Shown: positions 20,246 to 30,776 of the stretch, one piece after another | Position numbering within the stretch: the stretch's first letter is position 1 | Layout of the letters: each line of letters starts with the position of its first letter | Position numbers and translations under genes: made by a program | Notes under the pieces: generated by a model | What the model saw: only the letters and a program-made list of their open reading frames with translations | The model's database searches: none | Told to the model about the DNA's origin: nothing | Source: a virus | IMG/VR virus record: IMGVR_UViG_3300025695_000006 | Coordinates: 16,331-80,330 of that record | Length of the DNA: 64,000 nucleotides | Strand: one strand, 5' to 3'

Positions 20246-20767
20246 TTACAATCCATTAAAAACGTTAGGGTCAACGCTAGTACATTTTATTCTTCTGAAG
20301 TAACCCTTATAACCGAAATGAGAACTAGGGTTATCACTAGTGATTTTACCATCATCAAACACGGTAAAATACTTAAAATTATCTTCATAATCCGAGTAAC
20401 CAACCATATCACCATACGATATATCAATACCCTTCTCCTCCAATTGTTTCTTTAAAAGAGTGAACTCTAAATTACCGTAATCTTGATACCTCATATTACC
20501 ATCTGGTAAATAAGATTTATTTTCACTAGTAGATAAATTAAGTATAACCTTCAGTTCAACAGGAGCCTTAAATCTAATATCAGAAGCATTACCTTCCTGA
20601 TAAACATCATCAACCTGAGTATTAACCCTATCTATCCTAAATAAAACAACGGTAAAATTCATATCTCCCTCAATGAGTTCTGTCGCCATGTCTAATTCTA
20701 ATCTGAAGTCTTCTTCGTCATAAAATTTATTTAATCTAGTATTAGGTATCCTAGTCTTTCTATTCAT
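20246..20767 (-). CDS. Head completion / neck protein (T4 gp14-like)
   Basis: VVLFRID..VDDVYQE..F..PVEL..LEEKGIDISYGD; synteny. Confidence 0.6.
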   Translation of the reverse strand: MNRKTRIPNTRLNKFYDEEDFRLELDMATELIEGDMNFTVVLFRIDRVNTQVDDVYQEGNASDIRFKAPVELKVILNLSTSENKSYLPDGNMRYQDYGNLEFTLLKKQLEEKGIDISYGDMVGYSDYEDNFKYFTVFDDGKITSDNPSSHFGYKGYFRRIKCTSVDPNVFNGL

Positions 20768-20883
20768 ATTAATATAGTTATCTATTACATATAAATAGTT
20801 TCATTTATTAATGAATTGACTTTTATTTTAACAAGTCCTATTATTAATAAAGAATAAAGGTTTGAAATACATGTATTCATATA

Positions 20884-22662
20884 ATGAAACTACCGATAGA
20901 AAAAAGAGCTTTAGATATACTAAAAGTTTATGAAGGGCTTAATGACCACATACTTAAAATAAAAAATGATTATAATAAAACTAAGGGATTTGTACCAACA
21001 AAGGCTCAAAGTAATTATATAATTAGGAATGGTAATGTAAACCCTGTAATCGTAAACAAGTTATTTACTTTAAACCCATCTTGTAGAACTTTTATATCCG
21101 AACAACTAATGTTAGACTTCATACCAGAAGAAGTGTTCGTCAGTAAATTATTATCAAGAAAAAATGATATGTTACATATAAACGGTTGTTTTGAAGAGGG
21201 ATGTGACAAATATTTCAATTTTTATTTATCTAAATCATGCTTAAAATCCAATAAAGAAGAACCAGAGATAGACATAACAAAATACTCTAGACCACCAAAA
21301 CCGCATCAAGTTACCGCTATAAAGAAGTTATTAAGTAACGACAAGTTTATATTAGCTGACGAAATGGGTCTGGGTAAAACAACCTCTGCTATCATATCAG
21401 CTGTTGAGGCTGGGTATGAAAAAATACTAATCGTATGTCCCGCTTCTCTTAAATTAAATTGGGAGGTGGAGATATCTAATTATGATTCGGTGGAAAATAT
21501 AAGTGTTGTTAATGGCAATAACTTTAATGCTAAGAAATGGACTATAGTTAATTACGACATACTCAAAAATTTTCATCACCTACCCAAAAGAGGTGTCAAC
21601 ACTGAAGACTTACCAGTATCACCAATAGACTATAATGAGTTTGATTTAGTTATTGCTGATGAAGCTCATTACCTAAAGAACTCTAATTCAAATAGAACTA
21701 AAATATTTAATGACTTCGCTATGAAGATACCCGTTAGATGGTTATTAACAGGGACACCTATAACCAATAAACCTATCGACTTCTATAATTTGTTATTCCT
21801 ATGCGAATCACCAGTAGCGGACAGTTGGGTTGGTTATGTAAAAAGGTATTGTGCTGGTAGACAATTTAACAGAAAAGGTACCAACAAAAAATACTGGGTA
21901 TGTTCTGGAGCCTCAAACCTGGAAGAATTAAACGAATTTTCATCTGATGTTATATTGAGAAGAACAAAGGATGAATCTATAGATCTACCACAAAAAACTG
22001 TAAAACCAGTATATCTACCAATAGAAATGTCTAAAAACTATAACACCTATATTAAAGAATACGAGGAGTGGCAAGAAGAAATGATAACCAATGGTGAAAA
22101 ACCAAAAGTAACAGACCACTTAACCCAATTAGTAAAAGTTAGACAATTGTTATCCTCAGATAAAATTGGAACGACTATTAATATGGCTGAAGAGATGATA
22201 GATAACGGTCATAAAGTTATTATATTCAGTTGTTTTACAAACACTATAAAAGAATTAGAATCCCATTTTGGTAACAAATGTGTCACTATTGACGGTTCGG
22301 TATCCTCTATAAGAAGACAACACGCAGTTGAAAGTTTTCAAAACAACGATAAAATAAAAGTCTTCATAGGGAATATAGTTGCTGCTGGAGTTGGATTAAC
22401 ATTAACCGAAGGTAGTGTTGTAATATTCAATGATTTGGATTGGACGCCAGCAAATCACATGCAAGCTGAAGATAGAGCACACAGAATAGGACAAGAAAAT
22501 AAGGTACATATAATATACCCCCTAGTTAAAGACACGTTAGATCTTATAATGTATAAAACACTACAATCAAAAATGGAGATTATAAGTACTATAATGGGTG
22601 ATGACCCAAAAGAAGACCATATCTCTATGACTAAAGAGGTTATAAATACCCTATCTCTTTAA
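20884..22662 (+). CDS. SNF2-family helicase/translocase (SMARCAL1/HARP-like)
   Basis: ILADEMGLGKT, DEAH, LLTGTP, GVGLTLT and QAEDRAHRIGQ motifs. Confidence 0.95.
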   Translation: MKLPIEKRALDILKVYEGLNDHILKIKNDYNKTKGFVPTKAQSNYIIRNGNVNPVIVNKLFTLNPSCRTFISEQLMLDFIPEEVFVSKLLSRKNDMLHINGCFEEGCDKYFNFYLSKSCLKSNKEEPEIDITKYSRPPKPHQVTAIKKLLSNDKFILADEMGLGKTTSAIISAVEAGYEKILIVCPASLKLNWEVEISNYDSVENISVVNGNNFNAKKWTIVNYDILKNFHHLPKRGVNTEDLPVSPIDYNEFDLVIADEAHYLKNSNSNRTKIFNDFAMKIPVRWLLTGTPITNKPIDFYNLLFLCESPVADSWVGYVKRYCAGRQFNRKGTNKKYWVCSGASNLEELNEFSSDVILRRTKDESIDLPQKTVKPVYLPIEMSKNYNTYIKEYEEWQEEMITNGEKPKVTDHLTQLVKVRQLLSSDKIGTTINMAEEMIDNGHKVIIFSCFTNTIKELESHFGNKCVTIDGSVSSIRRQHAVESFQNNDKIKVFIGNIVAAGVGLTLTEGSVVIFNDLDWTPANHMQAEDRAHRIGQENKVHIIYPLVKDTLDLIMYKTLQSKMEIISTIMGDDPKEDHISMTKEVINTLSL

Positions 22663-23828
22663 TGTTCACATAAAAAGCTAATCTTAACATCTCTTCTTTG
22701 AGCACCCACATCACTATCACCAGTAGGTAATACAATAACATTATACTTTAATGGCTCCTCCTGAGTAGAAGGTAATTCACTAGTGTAAACTAATGACTCA
22801 TAAGGTACATTGTACTTTGAAACAATTAATTTCTTAAGATTCTCTTCACCACCCTCATTAAAGGTAGGTTTACCATTTTCATCTTTAACAAAGTGCGGCC
22901 CCTTTTTAACGAAAATATCTTTAAATAGTTCTTTAGGTACTATCTTAGAAACTTTAACAGAGTCAGTATCCACTTTTTCCGTTTCTCTTTTGTTAGCGTC
23001 ATCTGAAAAGTTCATGATAAAGTTATCATCAGATATATTTGCTATATCCCCCATTTTAGTATAGGCGTAAGATTCGATATTAAAGCCACTACTAATTAAT
23101 TGATTAGTAACACTCCTAGCGATATCATAATATTTTTTAGAGAAAAAATCACCAGCGTCATTCCACCTGATTATTAATTTAATATCTTCCCCTAGTTTTC
23201 TAGACTCTCTTTTAATCTTATAAGCTAAAGGGTCTAATTCATCCATAATTATATTCTCATACTCTTCTGGATCGTTTAATAGTAGGTTTAATCTTTGGGT
23301 ATACTTTAAGTTCTTACCATCATTCATTATATAAAACCCCTTACGAGCATAACAGTTAACAGCACAAGCACCCGCACCAGGACAAGTATTTATAGTATAA
23401 AATTTATTATTATCCTTATCATATAATATACTCCTCAAAGCAGGTAAACCAGTATTAACGGTATATTGTAGCGCACCCTTATCACCTTTTTCCATTTTAG
23501 GATTCCTATCGAAAATTAGTTTAGGTTTAGAAGTGATTTCTCTAATAAAATGCTCCACATCAATATCACCGTCTTTAAGCGGTATATTACCCCTACTAAT
23601 TATAGGTTCGTTAGCGCTTATCTTACCCCTATCTTTAGATTTAGAGTTAAGTCTATCTAATTGACCGTTTAGCATATTAACCACATCTTCTGGAGCCATA
23701 CAGGTTTTCTTAACATCTGAAAACTCTTTATCCCAATCAACCTCGTTAATGCTATTATGTTCTTTTAATCTATAATTAGACAACTCTTTTAATCTAACTA
23801 AAGACTCTCTTATATTTTTCTTACCCAT
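22659..23828 (-). CDS. Gp88-like phage protein with Cx5Cx3C putative Fe-S (radical-SAM-like) motif
   Basis: TCPGAGACAVNCYARKG, IRWNDAGDFFS and YAYTK motifs. Confidence 0.7.
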   Translation of the reverse strand: MGKKNIRESLVRLKELSNYRLKEHNSINEVDWDKEFSDVKKTCMAPEDVVNMLNGQLDRLNSKSKDRGKISANEPIISRGNIPLKDGDIDVEHFIREITSKPKLIFDRNPKMEKGDKGALQYTVNTGLPALRSILYDKDNNKFYTINTCPGAGACAVNCYARKGFYIMNDGKNLKYTQRLNLLLNDPEEYENIIMDELDPLAYKIKRESRKLGEDIKLIIRWNDAGDFFSKKYYDIARSVTNQLISSGFNIESYAYTKMGDIANISDDNFIMNFSDDANKRETEKVDTDSVKVSKIVPKELFKDIFVKKGPHFVKDENGKPTFNEGGEENLKKLIVSKYNVPYESLVYTSELPSTQEEPLKYNVIVLPTGDSDVGAQRRDVKISFLCEH

Positions 23829-23888
23829 TCTTTTAAATTATTATATAGTTACACAACTAATATGATGACGTTTTTAGCTATATTAAAC

Positions 23889-23903
23889 TATTTATTATAA
23901 ATA
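23889..23903. promoter_or_regulatory. Back-to-back divergent late-promoter motifs (TATTTAT / TATAAATA)
   Basis: TATTTATTATAAATA between the divergent genes starting at 23828 (-) and 23912 (+). Confidence 0.6.
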
Positions 23904-23911
23904 CATACAAA

Positions 23912-25003
23912 ATGAGAATAAATCCAGCTGAGAAAGAGAAGATATACAAACAAGCTAAACATAGACTTGGTGCACCGATCAGAAAAATACAACTAGAGGA
24001 TGAACAATTAGATTCGTTACTTGAATTAGCTACAGAAGATTACGTTGAGTTTATACACAACTGGTTAATAGAACACCAGTGGCCCAGTCTAGTCGGTTTA
24101 AACGTTAATGAAGCGGACTTAACCAGAGCATTTCTATACAGAACACACGATTTAGTAACACAATACACCTACTCATACTCCAAAATAGTTGGTCTAGGTG
24201 CTGGTGAAGGGGGTTATGTCATGAAAAGAGATTTCTTTGAATTAGTAAAGGGTCAACAAATGTATGAAATACCAGCTAACAGAGAAATCAATGAAGTGCT
24301 TTGGTTTACACCAGCCTCTTTAGATCAATCGGTTATAGATCCATTCTTAGGTGTATGGAATAATGCATTTGGTGCTGAATATATGGGATTAGGTAGTTAT
24401 TATATATTACCAGCGTCCGATATGATGCTGAGACAAAATGATAGGAATTTAAAGAATAGAATGATCCGAGGGGAGATGATATATAAAATAACCAACGCAC
24501 CAGACGGTAAGAAGTACGTTCACTTAATGAACACTCCTGGCGGTCGTTTTGATTATAGAGGATCAATGATGGACGCAGGTAAATGTTGGTATTGGTATTA
24601 TGATATTAATCCAGAAATTAAAGAGGATTGTTTAACAAAAAACAAAGATATCATTAAATCGCCAATGGATGTACCTTTGGATAACGTTGCTTTTGATGAT
24701 TTAAACGACCCAGCAAAAATATGGATAAGAAGATATTTCACTGCACTTTGTAAAGAAACTCTGGGTAGGGTTAGAGGTACCTTTGGTGGTAAAATACCAA
24801 TTCCAGATGCTGCTATGGAGATGGAATACCAATCACTTTTATCAGAAGGTAAAGACGAAGTATTAACACTTAAAAAGGAATTGGAAGATAGAATGGTTAG
24901 ATTCAACCCTGTTGAAATGTTGAAGAGAATGTCAACTGAAGCTGAAGAGATTAATAAAGCCTTAAAATATAGAGCTTTCCCAACGCCAATAAAAATAATA
25001 TAA
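23912..25003 (+). CDS. Neck / head-tail adaptor protein (T4 gp13-like)
   Basis: KHRLGAPIRKIQLEDEQLD..WIRRYFTALCKETLGRVRG..LLSEGKDE. Confidence 0.8.
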   Translation: MRINPAEKEKIYKQAKHRLGAPIRKIQLEDEQLDSLLELATEDYVEFIHNWLIEHQWPSLVGLNVNEADLTRAFLYRTHDLVTQYTYSYSKIVGLGAGEGGYVMKRDFFELVKGQQMYEIPANREINEVLWFTPASLDQSVIDPFLGVWNNAFGAEYMGLGSYYILPASDMMLRQNDRNLKNRMIRGEMIYKITNAPDGKKYVHLMNTPGGRFDYRGSMMDAGKCWYWYYDINPEIKEDCLTKNKDIIKSPMDVPLDNVAFDDLNDPAKIWIRRYFTALCKETLGRVRGTFGGKIPIPDAAMEMEYQSLLSEGKDEVLTLKKELEDRMVRFNPVEMLKRMSTEAEEINKALKYRAFPTPIKII

Positions 25004-26526
25004 TGAGGTATAACGAATCGTATAAGAATGATTATTTCGATCTAACGTTAAGTAATGACTCTCGTGATTTCTATCGAGATTATAGTGATTGTGATTTAAT
25101 TAATATTGACATAACTAAAAACTTATGCTCAATTAAAAACTCATATACGGGTGAAGACGTTGTTTTAGAGAATATAACGCTAACGGGTTACGACAATCAA
25201 TTCTTAGCAGAAAAAGAAGATCTTATAGGAGACAATATAATACAAAACACTAAAAACGGTGTTCAAATTATTTCAAACCCTAAATTAAGTTATGTAATAG
25301 AGAGTGGTGATACATTTTGCTTTCATCAAGTATCTGGTTACACGGGTACGTATAGTTATGATATAGAATACGATAAACTAGATAAAGGTCAATATTACGA
25401 CCAACTAAAGGGAGGTTTCTACCAAGGTTTTTACAAAATAGTTAATCAACCAGTAGAATGGTTCCCCACAAGAGCCAGATTAGGGTGGACCTCAAACAAA
25501 GTTATACACTTTCCTTTATATGAGCAAAGTACAGGGTCGACAAAAAACATTTTAAACGACAATTACTCGGGTAATACTGGTTTTATATTCTATATGGGTA
25601 CTAGAGCAGAAAATAAATTCTCTGACTTAACTCAGATCGAAATAGAAAAATTAGAATCTGGCTACTCAATATCACCCAAAACAGGTGAAAATATATATAC
25701 GTACAATGATTTAGTAACATTAGATGGGGTTAATAAATACGACGGTTATTATAACTACTATCAAGGTTCTATGTACACAGGAAGAAACTATACTGATGAA
25801 TCCAAGAAACTAGTGTATCACCAAGAATACAAAGATTTATATTATAATTCCATAGGTGTTAGAATCACACCAGATGGTAAAATAGGTTACAGAACCATAT
25901 ATCCAACAGACGTTTGTTATAGTGGAGAAACACAAGATGTATCTGGTATAACCAGCAATTCATTCGTAGAGGAAGAAGATAACCCATGTTCAAACCATAC
26001 TGTTAGCAGAATAATAACTAAGTATTTTACTATAGAAGAGTGTTACACAAAAAAACCATTAATTGATGTTAATGAAGAAAAGTATCTACATATTAGCGCC
26101 GTTTTCGAGAGAGACTTCCCTTATGGAGAAGGGTGTGAACTTAAATACGGTGACTATAAAAAAGGTGTCTTATCTATTTACATAAATGGTTTCCTAGTCT
26201 TAAGAAATAAAGAATTTATTGAGATAATTACACACGATTTAGACGAAAAAGCTGATCTACAAGAGACCGTACCATACAACATATCTTTTGGTGGGGGTAC
26301 TCAAAACCTAGTTGAAGCAACATATTTAGACAATACTAAGGAAATAAACACAGTTTTAGACAAATTTTTTACTGGTACTTTTCTAGGTGGTATTAAAGAT
26401 TTTCAAATGTTATGTACCCCACTATACACCATGGAAATAAAAGAAATTGTATCTAATATTAAAGATAAATACGATTTAAAGACAATAAATGGTGGGAGAA
26501 AGATATTTATAAATAAATTATTCTAA
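25003..26526 (+). CDS. Virion structural protein with LamG/ConA-like beta-sandwich features
   Basis: YLHISAVFER..GVLSIYINGFLV..ISFGGG..F.GGIKDFQM; six [ST]GxT motifs. Confidence 0.55.
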   Translation: MRYNESYKNDYFDLTLSNDSRDFYRDYSDCDLINIDITKNLCSIKNSYTGEDVVLENITLTGYDNQFLAEKEDLIGDNIIQNTKNGVQIISNPKLSYVIESGDTFCFHQVSGYTGTYSYDIEYDKLDKGQYYDQLKGGFYQGFYKIVNQPVEWFPTRARLGWTSNKVIHFPLYEQSTGSTKNILNDNYSGNTGFIFYMGTRAENKFSDLTQIEIEKLESGYSISPKTGENIYTYNDLVTLDGVNKYDGYYNYYQGSMYTGRNYTDESKKLVYHQEYKDLYYNSIGVRITPDGKIGYRTIYPTDVCYSGETQDVSGITSNSFVEEEDNPCSNHTVSRIITKYFTIEECYTKKPLIDVNEEKYLHISAVFERDFPYGEGCELKYGDYKKGVLSIYINGFLVLRNKEFIEIITHDLDEKADLQETVPYNISFGGGTQNLVEATYLDNTKEINTVLDKFFTGTFLGGIKDFQMLCTPLYTMEIKEIVSNIKDKYDLKTINGGRKIFINKLF

Positions 26527-26927
26527 TGATATTCAGTATAAGACAAAACTCAACGCTACCCGTATTAAAAATGAAAGTTTTAAAAGATGGTAGAAACGAC
26601 TTCAGACACTTTGAAGAACTTCTAGAGAATTCTGTTGCTACTTTCGCCATGAAAGATGAAGAGAATGGTGTTTATAAAGTAGCCAACAAAGAAGCTAAAA
26701 TAGTTTTAGAAAAACCATGCGAAGAAACTTCAGAAAAAAATTATATTGTCACTTACCAGTTTTCATCTGAGGATACTAATAAACCAGGTATATTTTTAGG
26801 TGAGTTTAAAATCACATTATTCGATTTAACCGACCCAACTAAAGTATACGGAGAGTTGATAACCCCAATACAAGAACAATTATATATACACATACTGGAT
26901 TCTTTTGTTAAAACAGATATCGTATAA
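26526..26927 (+). CDS. BppU-like Ig-fold baseplate/tail protein
   Basis: FSIRQNSTLPVL..ATFAM..VTYQFSSEDTNKPGIFLGEFKI. Confidence 0.6.
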   Translation: MIFSIRQNSTLPVLKMKVLKDGRNDFRHFEELLENSVATFAMKDEENGVYKVANKEAKIVLEKPCEETSEKNYIVTYQFSSEDTNKPGIFLGEFKITLFDLTDPTKVYGELITPIQEQLYIHILDSFVKTDIV

Positions 26928-27008
26928 TAGTACCATACTCTATATTAGTGAATCAAGGTTTTAAACCACGTGTATTTAATCAATATTAGAAAAAAGAATG
27001 TAATCTTT

Positions 27009-27039
27009 TTTGTTTATCATGTAAATTTATCTATATTTG
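27009..27039 (+). promoter_or_regulatory. Bacteroidota sigma-A promoter for DNA polymerase
   Basis: TTTG (27009-12), 19 nt, TATATTTG (27032-39): exact -33/-7 consensus. Confidence 0.75.
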
Positions 27040-27063
27040 TCCTAAATTAAAATAAAATTAACG

Positions 27064-30000
27064 ATGGCTGGATACAAGATACCTTTAGATCAAATAGAAA
27101 AGTTTTTAAATGGACATGATGATGAGAAGTATATTGTTAATATAGAATACGACAAAGAAACAAATCTTATTCACAAAATAAAACAGCATCCAGAAAAAGG
27201 CCTCTATACCGAAAAGGAGCCTCTACTCGCTTTTATGTGGATTAAAAACCTTAACAAAGTTAAGGAATTAATAAACTTCTACGGTAATAGCGATGCTAGG
27301 ATAAGATCTGCTAGAGAAAAATTCGGTATAGAAATAAAATCGTTAGAACACAGTAATCACCCTAAATTAATTGAAGGTTATAGGTATTTACTAACCTGTA
27401 CTCAGGGACACCAAAGAATGTTACAGTTCTTTAAAGAAGGTGGTTTATATGTTTATGATAAAAGAAATGATATAAGATCTAATTTCTTAATGATATCACC
27501 AGTAGAACAATATTTAATACATACTGGTAAACGACTTTTTAAGGGTTTCGATGAATATTCTGAAATACACAAACTAGTATTCGATTTAGAAACAACTGGT
27601 TTAGACCCTAGTTATAGTAGGATATTTATGATTGGTATGTACACAAATAAAGGTGTGGAAGAAATAATACCAATCGAAGACAATGACGAGTCAGAAAGAC
27701 AAGGTATCATAAAATTCTTTGATAAAATAAACGAAATAAAACCAGCTATTATAGCGGGATACAATAGTGCTAACTTTGACTGGCCATTTTTCTTTAAAAG
27801 ATGTGAAATACTAGGGTTAGATATAGAAAAAATAGCAATCACCCTTAAGAAAGGTGAGTTAATCAATAATAGATCAGGAATGCTTAAACTAGGTAGTGAA
27901 GTCGAACATTTCGAACAAACTAATATGTTTGGTTATAGTATTATAGACATTATACACTCAGCCAGAAGAGCTCAAGCTATCGATTCCAGTATGAAGTCAG
28001 CAGGTCTTAAATACGTTTGTAAATACAATAAAATAAATAAGAAAAATCGTGTTTATATCACTGGTGATAAAATAGGTGATACGTGGTATTCAAAAGATAC
28101 TTTTTATTTTAATGACAGGAACGGTACCTACAACAAAGCTAAAGGTTCCATAGATTTTATCGATAACATAACAAGAGAGTACGTACAATCAAACCCAGAA
28201 GAGATATTTGTTTATAGTGAGAATGAGTCTTTAGAAGGTTTTGGTGAACAATCTAAAGAGATGCGTGGCGAAAGCAACGCAATACCTATCCTTACTAAGA
28301 AAAAACCAGGTAATACCGATGATTCATTCTTTAACGACCTAGAATTAGAGGATAATAAAGTTAAAATAAATAAGGGTATCAAGGAGATAATCAGATTTAT
28401 TGATGAGGGTAAGAAAGTTAATTTCCCTAAAAGTGGTATAGGTACAGATTCTTCTCAACTACAATTAAGAGCACCTAATACCTACAACTTTTTAATACAA
28501 ACGCTAAAAGCGTTGCGTTCTTACATAGAAACAATAAAACCTGTTGATGGTAAATATATTGTTGAGAGATATCTTATTGATGATTTATGGGAAACCATGG
28601 AAGTAGATGAGGTTTACAACCAGTCTTCATTTTTATTAGCTAAGCTAGTACCAACAACTTACCAAAGAGTATCCACAATGGGTACCGCTGGGTTATGGAA
28701 GCTTTTAATGATGACCTATTCCTTCGAGAATGGTTTAGCCGTACCAACCCCAGAAGAGAGACGTAGTTTTACTGGTGGGTTATCTAGACTTTTTAAGGTC
28801 GGTTATTCTGAAGAATTAAGGAAAATGGATTACGACTCATTATACCCAGCCATACAATTAGCTCACGATATATTCCCTAGTTCTGATGTTAATGGGGCTA
28901 TGAAATCCATGTTAAAATACTTTCACACAGAGAGGTTTAAAGCTAAAAACCTAGCCAGTAAGTATAAAAAAGAGGGTAACTATCAATTAGCGGATAAATA
29001 CAAAAGAAAACAACTACCACTTAAGATATTTATAAACTCAATGTTCGGTGCCCTGGGTGCTCCTCTAGCCTTTCAATGGGCTGAGATAGATGTTAGTGAG
29101 CAAATAACATGTACAGCTAGGCAATACCTTAGATTATTAGTTAAATTCTTTATAAAGAAAGGTTACGACCCTTCAGTATTAGATACCGATGGTGTAAACT
29201 TCACAGCGCCAGAGAGTGGTGAAGATTTTATTTATATAGGTAAAGGTTTAAGTAACAGCGTTGAAAAAGGCAGAGAGTACACTGGTGTAGACGCTACGGT
29301 TGCGGAATTCAACGACTTATATATGCGTAAAGAAATGGGGTTGAGTTTAGATGGGGTATGGCCATCAACTATAAACCTATCTAGAAAAAATTATGCTCTC
29401 CTAGAATATGATGGTAGTATTAGTTTAACTGGTAACAGTATTAAATCCAAAAAACTACCTATGTATATAGAAGAATTCCTTAAAAAAGGGATTAAAATGT
29501 TGTTAGAGAATAAGGGTTATGAATTTGTTAGTTATTATCATGAATATGCTGAAAAGATATATAACAAAGAAATACCATTAGCTATGATAGCAACTAAATC
29601 AAGAGTTAAGAAGAGTATTGAGGATTATAAAAATAGAGGCACTGATAAAAATGGTAGAGACCTACCTAAACAGGCTCATATGGAATTAGCGGTTATAAAT
29701 AACTTAGATGTTAACTTAGGTGATACAATATATTATGTAAATAATGGTAAGGTAAAGTCTCACGGTGATTCGCAATATAATAAAGAAGGTGAAATGTATG
29801 CTTCTTTAGTACCTATGGATATAATAGAAAACAAACCTAATGAGATAGGTGAATATAACGTACCTAAATATCTAGACGCTTTTAACAAGAAAATAAAACC
29901 ATTATTAGTTTCGTACTCTTTAAATGTTAGGGGTGATATATTGATAAATAAACCAGAAGACAAGAAAATGTTCCTAAGGTCGGAATTAAAATTGTTGAAT

Positions 30001-30165
30001 AATCAACCTAACGATATAGGTGACCAAGATACCTTATTAGAGTTTTACACCCCATCACCAACAGAAAAAGAGTTCTGGAATAAACTATCATATGAACCTG
30101 ATTTTTGGTTTAATGATGATATAATATTTAAAATACCTGGTTTCGAAGAAGAAATTCCAGTGTGA
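27064..30165 (+). CDS. Family B DNA polymerase with 3'-5' exonuclease and a ~125-aa insertion
   Basis: ExoI FDLETTG, ExoII GYNSANFD, ExoIII YLIDD; polymerase motifs DYDSLYP, KIFINSMFG and DTDG. Confidence 0.95.
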   Translation: MAGYKIPLDQIEKFLNGHDDEKYIVNIEYDKETNLIHKIKQHPEKGLYTEKEPLLAFMWIKNLNKVKELINFYGNSDARIRSAREKFGIEIKSLEHSNHPKLIEGYRYLLTCTQGHQRMLQFFKEGGLYVYDKRNDIRSNFLMISPVEQYLIHTGKRLFKGFDEYSEIHKLVFDLETTGLDPSYSRIFMIGMYTNKGVEEIIPIEDNDESERQGIIKFFDKINEIKPAIIAGYNSANFDWPFFFKRCEILGLDIEKIAITLKKGELINNRSGMLKLGSEVEHFEQTNMFGYSIIDIIHSARRAQAIDSSMKSAGLKYVCKYNKINKKNRVYITGDKIGDTWYSKDTFYFNDRNGTYNKAKGSIDFIDNITREYVQSNPEEIFVYSENESLEGFGEQSKEMRGESNAIPILTKKKPGNTDDSFFNDLELEDNKVKINKGIKEIIRFIDEGKKVNFPKSGIGTDSSQLQLRAPNTYNFLIQTLKALRSYIETIKPVDGKYIVERYLIDDLWETMEVDEVYNQSSFLLAKLVPTTYQRVSTMGTAGLWKLLMMTYSFENGLAVPTPEERRSFTGGLSRLFKVGYSEELRKMDYDSLYPAIQLAHDIFPSSDVNGAMKSMLKYFHTERFKAKNLASKYKKEGNYQLADKYKRKQLPLKIFINSMFGALGAPLAFQWAEIDVSEQITCTARQYLRLLVKFFIKKGYDPSVLDTDGVNFTAPESGEDFIYIGKGLSNSVEKGREYTGVDATVAEFNDLYMRKEMGLSLDGVWPSTINLSRKNYALLEYDGSISLTGNSIKSKKLPMYIEEFLKKGIKMLLENKGYEFVSYYHEYAEKIYNKEIPLAMIATKSRVKKSIEDYKNRGTDKNGRDLPKQAHMELAVINNLDVNLGDTIYYVNNGKVKSHGDSQYNKEGEMYASLVPMDIIENKPNEIGEYNVPKYLDAFNKKIKPLLVSYSLNVRGDILINKPEDKKMFLRSELKLLNNQPNDIGDQDTLLEFYTPSPTEKEFWNKLSYEPDFWFNDDIIFKIPGFEEEIPV

Positions 30166-30209
30166 TATGAATATTACTAAACTCAAAGATATTTATAATA
30201 AAATATTCT

Positions 30210-30776
30210 ATGGAAAATAATAAAAACATCAAAGAGTTTATTGACGATGAAGGTAATATCATAAGTGGTGATCTAAAACATGTCGATTACAAGAACACGT
30301 CACATGACACTACTGACGCTTCGGTATTAAAAACTAGACAACCTTTTTTATTCCAAAACTACAGGAGATACTACGGAGAATCAACACTACCGTTCAACGA
30401 AGAAGCAGATAAACTAAAAGACTCACCAGAAAAGTTTTATGAATTCCTATATAAAAAGGGTTTAGAGAACACTTTTGAAGATTACTTCCTAGAAATAAAG
30501 GATAAAAAAGATGTTAAACCAGCCAACCCAGAGGAACTAACTAAAACTACTTCTAAAGAAAAGGCGTTTAAAATGTTAGAAGATTTATTATCTAGAGGTA
30601 AAGACAGTAGCATAATAAACAAAGTAGTACCTACCACCATAGAAGAAATAAGAGGTAAAGAAAGCCTAATTTTAGGTAAATTAGATAGACTTATTGAATT
30701 CTTTAATAAAAATATGGATGAATCCGAAAAAAAGGTTTTACTAGACTACTTTAAGAAATCTTTAGATAATGAGTGA
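30210..30776 (+). CDS. Hypothetical late protein
   Basis: 188-aa ORF preceded by TATTTATA (30190-97). Confidence 0.75.
   Translation: MENNKNIKEFIDDEGNIISGDLKHVDYKNTSHDTTDASVLKTRQPFLFQNYRRYYGESTLPFNEEADKLKDSPEKFYEFLYKKGLENTFEDYFLEIKDKKDVKPANPEELTKTTSKEKAFKMLEDLLSRGKDSSIINKVVPTTIEEIRGKESLILGKLDRLIEFFNKNMDESEKKVLLDYFKKSLDNE

Noticed and set aside
28150-28530. Intein in the DNA polymerase
   Set aside because: No Cys/Ser-start splicing block, no His-Asn end, and no LAGLIDADG motifs.
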